Of a stretch of DNA of 64,000 bases, positions 59,031 to 64,000 are shown in pieces. This stretch comes from Candidatus Gastranaerophilales bacterium. Lineage in GTDB: Bacteria > Cyanobacteriota > Vampirovibrionia > Gastranaerophilales > Gastranaerophilaceae. The stretch spans positions 20,447 through 84,446 of the forward strand of contig CALVEM010000005.1 of the NCBI GenBank assembly GCA_944326605.1, given 5' to 3'. Position numbers and translations under genes: made by a program. Each line of letters starts with the position of its first letter. Position 1 is the first letter of the stretch. A model generated the notes under the pieces. That model saw nothing but the letters and a program-made list of their open reading frames with translations, made no database searches and was not told the origin of the DNA.

Positions 59031-59852
59031 TTAAGGAAGGCAATCCCAGTATGATTTGCCTGAATTATCAGGACATTTGTTCATAAGTGCATAATACGCG
59101 CAGTAAAATCCGTTGGAATCGCTGGTATCTGTTAAAGAACATTTTTTTTCTGTTGATACATTATCTCTGTTTGATCCGTATCCCGGTTCATCTTCTTTAT
59201 AGTTTCTGTAAGTGAAAGTTGCTTCTACGGCACATGTATCTTTGTTAAGGTGTAACCCCCATATATCGTGTCCAAATCTGTTAGGCCCTTTCATTCCGTT
59301 TACATCTACTGTTATCAGTGTTCCTCCCCCATCGTCAGAAGAAGACGGGTGAGAACAAATGCCTATAAAACTTCCGTCATTTAGAATTGCCTGATAATTA
59401 GGACCCCAATGCCCTACATAGTTTTTATTTCCAATAAGACAATTCATGTGCAAATTATCATTGGCTTCTGCACCGGTAAAGGTATATTGTTTATAATTTG
59501 CCGGAGGAATTGTGTTAGCGGAATTTTGCCCTTCTTATTTTATTTTACCGGCAGCATTAAGTTTGTCATAAATAGTTCTTTTTATTTCTTCGGTTTGTTC
59601 AACATTACAGTTATTATATTCATATTTAATAGTAGCTGCTACCTGACTTAAAACAGAGTAATGTTTTTTGAACTGTGTTTCCAGAACCTTATGTCTATAA
59701 TTTGCGGTTAATGTCGGTATAGTCATTGCTGCAATAACACCGATGATACCTAGGGTAATTAATACTTCTGCTAATGTAAATGCTGCTCGCCGGATATTGT
59801 CAAAGTGAACTACTTGAGTAGTACATTCTGCAAGAGTAAAGTCTGTATTCAT
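59031..59852 (-). pseudogene. Type IV pilin-like protein, locus E, with a single in-frame TAA
   Basis: ORFs 59535..59852 and 59031..59453 share a frame; the only interruption is TAA 59535-59537, followed by 27 sense codons; VDVNGMKGPNRFGHD and YWDCLP end. Confidence 0.85.
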
Positions 59853-59915
59853 TGAACCTCCTTTACTGGTAAATATCCAGTAACACTATGTTACTATATC
59901 CAGTAAAATTGTCAA

Positions 59916-60134
59916 ATGAATGAACAAGAACTTTATATAAATCTTGGGAAAAAAATAAAATATTTAAGAGAAAATGCGCATCTTACACAGGAAAAACTAG
60001 CGGAACTAGCGGGAATAAGTCTGGATTATCTGGGTAAAATTGAGGTAAATATAAATAAGCCGGGTTTGAAAACATTAATAAAAATTTCTAATGCTTTATC
60101 AATACCAATTAAAGCTCTTTTTGATTTTGAATAG
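59916..60134 (+). CDS. XRE-family HTH regulator, divergent from pilin locus E
   Basis: LGKKIKYLRENAHLTQEKLAELAGISLDYLGKIEVN. Confidence 0.9.
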   Translation: MNEQELYINLGKKIKYLRENAHLTQEKLAELAGISLDYLGKIEVNINKPGLKTLIKISNALSIPIKALFDFE

Positions 60135-60190
60135 ATGCTCGGATGTTCGATAAAGATATTGAAACAAGTTAGGGATGACAAAATAAAAAA

Positions 60191-60261
60191 AGGCGACACC
60201 CAGATTCGAACTGGGGATAAGAGCTTTGCAGGCTCCTGCCTTACCACTTGGCCATGTCGCC
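60191..60261 (-). tRNA. tRNA-Cys (GCA)
   Basis: GGCGACA acceptor, TGGCCAAGTGG D-arm, CTGCAAA anticodon loop, GTTCGAATC T-loop. Confidence 0.95.
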
Positions 60262-60355
60262 TTATTCGTTTCTTTATAATAAAAGAGACATAATAAAAAG
60301 TCAAGGTAAGTATTGGGAACTTATATAGCAAATTCCACTAAAAATGGCTAAAATT

Positions 60356-60417
60356 GTCACCCTGAACTCGTTTCAGGGTCTCGCAGTTTTGAGATGCTGA
60401 AACAATTTAAGCATGAC
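60356..60417. repeat. Inverted pair of REP-like palindromes
   Basis: gtcaccctgaactcgtttcagggtctc and gagatgctgaaacaatttaagcatgac. Confidence 0.85.
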
Positions 60418-60504
60418 AGTATTACGCATATTTAGTGGAAACTTGTATATTATTCCCTTTTATCGACTATTGACATAATTTTTATATACTGCTACAATTT
60501 ATGT

Positions 60505-61206
60505 ATGTTTAAGAAGAGTTGGTTATTTTTATTATTTCTTTTGGTGTTAATTCCGCTTCAAGCAAATGCTGATATTACTTTGAAATTTAACGGTTTTATC
60601 GCAGATGAGGCAAATCTGTTGTCCGAGCAAGTTGAAAATGATTTGAATATGACACTGTGGGATCTTCAAAAAAAATCAGGAGCAGATCTGGTTGTTGTTA
60701 CTTTGCCTTCTTTGAATGGCAGAACGGTAGAAGAAGTTGCACTTGATATCGGACGTTCTTATAAGCTGGGAGCTGTCGGCAAAAATAACGGCATGGTATA
60801 TTTGACAGCATTAAATGAGAGAAAAATGCGTATTGAACAGGGGCTAGGTCTTGAAGATAAAATTCCGGTAAGTACCCTTGAAAGTATTATGAATACGGAT
60901 ATTCTCCCTTATTATAAACAAAACAATTATGAAAATGGTATCAGAAGAGGTACTTACGTTTTAGCTCAAACTGTTGCACAGGCTGAAGGTGTTAAAATTA
61001 AAAAGCAGGGTGTTTGTCCGCCTGCATTATCACCTTCATCATCCGGTTCAGGAAACAGTGGTGGTGATATACCTTGGTGGGGTTGGCCTATTGTTTTATT
61101 AGGCGCATTATGTTCACCACGCCGTAGAAGATTTAACTCTGGCAGTTTCGGAGGCTTTGGCGGCGGCGGAGGCTTCGGCGGAAGCGGTTGTTCTGGAAGC
61201 TGGTAA
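60505..61206 (+). CDS. TPM (DUF477) domain protein with Gly-rich tail
   Basis: Signal peptide, GFIADEANLLS, RKMRIEQGLGLE, GGFGGGGGFGGSGCSGSW. Confidence 0.9.
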   Translation: MFKKSWLFLLFLLVLIPLQANADITLKFNGFIADEANLLSEQVENDLNMTLWDLQKKSGADLVVVTLPSLNGRTVEEVALDIGRSYKLGAVGKNNGMVYLTALNERKMRIEQGLGLEDKIPVSTLESIMNTDILPYYKQNNYENGIRRGTYVLAQTVAQAEGVKIKKQGVCPPALSPSSSGSGNSGGDIPWWGWPIVLLGALCSPRRRRFNSGSFGGFGGGGGFGGSGCSGSW

Positions 61207-61417
61207 ACTGACGTTAGGGCGGAAAGGGCAAAAAACGGGAGCAAGAGGAAATTCTAAAAAACTTCAAAAATAAAAACCAAAGCGCTGCGACTGACAAAAA
61301 TATTGAAAATTACAACGGATATCGGTGGAAAGGGTAAAAAAAAACGGGAACGAACGTAAGTGAGTGACTGGCAATAATATATAAAGTTTGATTGATCTCG
61401 ACGGAAAGGACAAAAAA

Positions 61418-62119
61418 ATGAAGAATTTGGATACATTTTTAGAAGAATTAAAATTCAATTTAGGTGACAACTTGGTGTCTGTTTTTGCTTTCGGTTCTCA
61501 GGCAAATGTTGAAGATGCCAAAAATAACCTTAATTTAATGGTAGTCACAAATCAGCTGACTGCTGAGAATTTGTATGCAATTTCAAAACCTGTTCAAAAA
61601 TGGGTTAAGGCAAAAAACCCTATTCCTGTAATTATGAACAGAGATGAATGGTATTCTTCATTTGATGTATACACTATTGAATATGCTGATATGAAAGATA
61701 ATTACCGTCTTTTATACGGAGAAGATATGGTGCCTTCAATCAGTGTAAATAAGTATTTTTTACGTCTGGAATGTGAATCCGAAATTAAAAATCTTTTATT
61801 AAAATATAAAAATAATTTCTTAATGAATATTCGCTCGGACAGAGAAATGAAGAAAGTTCTAAATAATGTGATTAAAACTCTAGTTGTTATATTTAGATCT
61901 GTTTTAAGGCTTCATGACAGGGCTGTTCCTTATAGAGCTGTTGATATAGTTGAACATTGTTCGGAATATTTATCTTTTAACAAAGTTGTTATGACAAAGC
62001 TTGCTAAAATGAAATATGAAAACGATGACTGCAACAAGCAGGAATTGCTGTTTATGGAAAGTGAGCTGTTAAAAGATATTCAAACTATTTTAAAACAAGT
62101 TGATGCTATGCATTTTTAA
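61418..62119 (+). CDS. Nucleotidyltransferase-like protein (TPM-associated)
   Basis: NLVSVFAFGSQA, LNLMVV, RLECESEIK; start taken at ATG 61418. Confidence 0.75.
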   Translation: MKNLDTFLEELKFNLGDNLVSVFAFGSQANVEDAKNNLNLMVVTNQLTAENLYAISKPVQKWVKAKNPIPVIMNRDEWYSSFDVYTIEYADMKDNYRLLYGEDMVPSISVNKYFLRLECESEIKNLLLKYKNNFLMNIRSDREMKKVLNNVIKTLVVIFRSVLRLHDRAVPYRAVDIVEHCSEYLSFNKVVMTKLAKMKYENDDCNKQELLFMESELLKDIQTILKQVDAMHF

Positions 62120-62143
62120 ATTTTTGTGGTATATTGAAAATAC

Positions 62144-62210
62144 GGGCGATTAGCACTCTGCCGAACAAAACAATTGATAATTGTTTTGTGAAAGGGGTAG
62201 CGCACCCGCC
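62144..62210 (+). other. Degenerate 5' tRNA-Val duplicate interrupted by a hairpin
   Basis: GGGCGATTAGC ... GGTAGCGCACC match the tRNA 5' half; ACAAAACAATT-GAT-AATTGTTTTGT lies between them. Confidence 0.6.
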
Positions 62211-62245
62211 ACAAAAATGTAAATTTTTGTGTATATTGAAAATAT

Positions 62246-62321
62246 GGGCGATTAGCGCAGTTGGTAGCGCACCACATTGACGTTGTGGGGGTCACGTGTT
62301 CGAGTCACGTATCGCCCACCA
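62246..62321 (+). tRNA. tRNA-Val (GAC)
   Basis: GGGCGAT acceptor, CCACA-TTGACGT-TGTGG anticodon arm, GTTCGAG T-loop, encoded CCA. Confidence 0.95.
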
Positions 62322-62509
62322 TACTTTTTTCTTTACTAAAAAGAAAAAAGTAGGCAAAAAAGAAAAGATTACTCAGATTAATTTCAAGTCGTACAGGTTA
62401 TTGTGTAACCAAAAAGGAAGCGACATTCAGAGCTTTGAAAAAGCAGGCAAAAAAATAACCACAGATTACTTAATCGACAATTTGTTGTAAAAATAGCAGG
62501 GGTTTTATT

Positions 62510-62854
62510 ATGCAGGAAGTTACAATTACAGAACTTGATTCAAATTTATCTTTTAAGGCTAAAATTGATAATCCGCCTGAAACAAAACAGAATTTTACAA
62601 CTGTTTACATTGATGAAAGAGAGGTTAAAAGACCTGCAGCTACTCAATCTAACGGGTTAATAGAAGTAAAGGTATCAAGCCCGGATGATGATACATCAAA
62701 TTTTCTTGTTTACTGGAAAAATTCTAAAAAAAGAATTGATTTAATGGTCGAAACTGACGACAGTATGTATTTTATAAAAGGCTGTTCTCTTAAAAATTTT
62801 GAAAGCCCCAAAAAAACATTTTCTGTATTTTATAATTCATTTAAACAGGCTTAA
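62510..62854 (+). CDS. Hypothetical protein
   Basis: 114 aa ORF with GCAGGGG RBS-like sequence. Confidence 0.65.
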   Translation: MQEVTITELDSNLSFKAKIDNPPETKQNFTTVYIDEREVKRPAATQSNGLIEVKVSSPDDDTSNFLVYWKNSKKRIDLMVETDDSMYFIKGCSLKNFESPKKTFSVFYNSFKQA

Positions 62855-64000
62855 ATACAGGCTGCATAATTATTTATATCTTCATCAGTAATCATTTCGG
62901 TTGCGGCAACAAGTATTTTATTGTTATCCAGTTTTAAACCGCCGATAATTTTGTTTTCTTTAAGTTTTTCAAGAGTTTTATCAGCGTCCTGAACTTCAAT
63001 TACAAATTCGTTAAAGAACTGTTTATTTAAAGTTTTTATACCTTTTGCTGCAAGTTTTTCAGAAAGTTTGTGAGCCATTTTTGCTGATAAATATGATGCC
63101 TGTCTGAAACCTTTTTCTCCCATAACAGTGAGATAAAGAGTTGCGCATAAACCCATTAATGCCTGATTTGAACAAATGTTGCTTGTCGCTTTTTCTCTTT
63201 TAATATGCTGTTCTCTTGTCTGAATAGTGAGACAGTATGCTGGATTGCCATCTGTATCAACAGTTCTTCCTGCGAGGCGTCCTGGGATTTGTCTCAAATA
63301 TTTCTCTTTGCAGGCAATAAAACCGGCATAAGGTCCGCCAAATGACATTGAAAGTCCGAGGGTTTGTATGTCGCCTACTACAATATCAGCATCAACCGGC
63401 GGCTCAATTAGTGCAAGCGCGGAAACATTTGTACACACAATCAAAAGTGTATCAGGAGGATGATCAATATTAGTTATTTCTCCGTAAAAATCAGGATTTT
63501 GAACCATTACACAGGCATAATCAGATGTGTTTCCGGCGATTTCATCAAACATCCGAACTTCAATATTTCCGGCCCAGCAGTATGTTTTAATGACATTTAT
63601 GTATTCAGGATTTAATTTATTTGATACCAGAACTTTATTTTTTTTAGATATTCTGACCGCCATTAAAATTGCTTCAGCACAGGCTGTAGCTCCGTCATAT
63701 ACAGTTGCGTTTGAAACATCCATTCCTGTCAGACGGCATATCATTGTTTGAAATTCGTACATAACTTGAAGCGTCCCTTGAGAAATTTCCGGCTGATAGG
63801 GTGTGTATGCGGTTAGAAATTCAAATCTGTTCGCAACCTGAGAAATACAGGCAGGAATAAATTTGTTGTAAACTCCGGCACCGAGAAATGTTGTAAAATC
63901 CGTATTATCTTTTTTAGCTAAAGACTTAATACGTTTTTGTACTTCCATTTCACTCAAAGCAGGTTCCAAATCCATTTTTACCATTCGTGCCTGAATTGGT
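62851..64000 (-). CDS. gcvPA: Glycine cleavage system P-protein subunit 1 (5' end outside window)
   Basis: FLGAGVY, FLTAYTPYQPEISQGTLQ, YDGATA, GGPYAGF, REQHIKREKATSNICSNQAL. Confidence 0.96.
   Translation of the reverse strand, partial: PIQARMVKMDLEPALSEMEVQKRIKSLAKKDNTDFTTFLGAGVYNKFIPACISQVANRFEFLTAYTPYQPEISQGTLQVMYEFQTMICRLTGMDVSNATVYDGATACAEAILMAVRISKKNKVLVSNKLNPEYINVIKTYCWAGNIEVRMFDEIAGNTSDYACVMVQNPDFYGEITNIDHPPDTLLIVCTNVSALALIEPPVDADIVVGDIQTLGLSMSFGGPYAGFIACKEKYLRQIPGRLAGRTVDTDGNPAYCLTIQTREQHIKREKATSNICSNQALMGLCATLYLTVMGEKGFRQASYLSAKMAHKLSEKLAAKGIKTLNKQFFNEFVIEVQDADKTLEKLKENKIIGGLKLDNNKILVAATEMITDEDINNYAACI

Noticed and set aside
59535-59537. Stop-codon recoding (Sec/Pyl or alternative genetic code) in pilin locus E
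   Set aside because: The codon is TAA, and neighbouring genes terminate normally at TAA/TAG/TGA; a simple nonsense change is more parsimonious.
12693-59852. Diversity-generating retroelement or shufflon explanation for pilin diversity
   Set aside because: No reverse transcriptase, no TR/VR pair differing at adenines, and no recombinase or inverted crossover sites were seen in the window; such machinery could still lie elsewhere in the genome.
60140-60261. tRNA-Cys as the attachment site of an integrated pilin island
   Set aside because: No integrase and no duplicated tRNA-Cys 3' end were found at the far side (near adhE); not supported within the window.
1164-63751. Numerous short antisense or overlapping ORFs in the track (e.g. 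1164..1493, 6827..7387, 8722..9102, 30599..30979, 55310..55807)
   Set aside because: Shadow ORFs opposite well-supported genes, with no motifs or RBS.

Overview
AT-rich bacterial chromosomal window, most likely Candidatus Melainabacteria / Gastranaerophilales. This is inferred from a cyanobacterial-type RpoZ, the yggS-sepF pair, fermentative AdhE and a lineage-typical AFTLAE pilin-like family. The backbone is housekeeping: plsY, PNP, rpoZ, upp, queH, aroF, mutL, yggS-sepF, nadK-ftsZ, fba, ispH-rpsA, a sigma-70 factor, rlmB, nadA, pilMN-pilO, comF, lysC, adhE, gcvPA, tRNA-Cys and tRNA-Val. Six type IV pilin/pseudopilin-like genes are scattered through it. The main finding is that four of them have their real RBS+ATG 225-535 nt upstream of the prepilin cleavage site, followed within about 12 codons by a G/C homopolymer (G10, C10, G10, C9). 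In each case the tract puts the gene out of frame, and a length of 8 or 11 restores one continuous ORF in all four. This is the signature of slipped-strand phase variation. The restored 75-179 aa leaders are mosaics of REP-like palindromes and 4x8-nt tandem arrays that also occur free in intergenic DNA. A fifth paralogue has a nonsense codon, and only one is intact. Homopolymer assembly error is a caveat for the OFF state. Other observations: a HEPN toxin frameshifted at its catalytic motif, a tRNA-Val 5'-half duplicate interrupted by a hairpin, and a candidate structured RNA. No CRISPR array, transposase, integrase or reverse transcriptase was seen.
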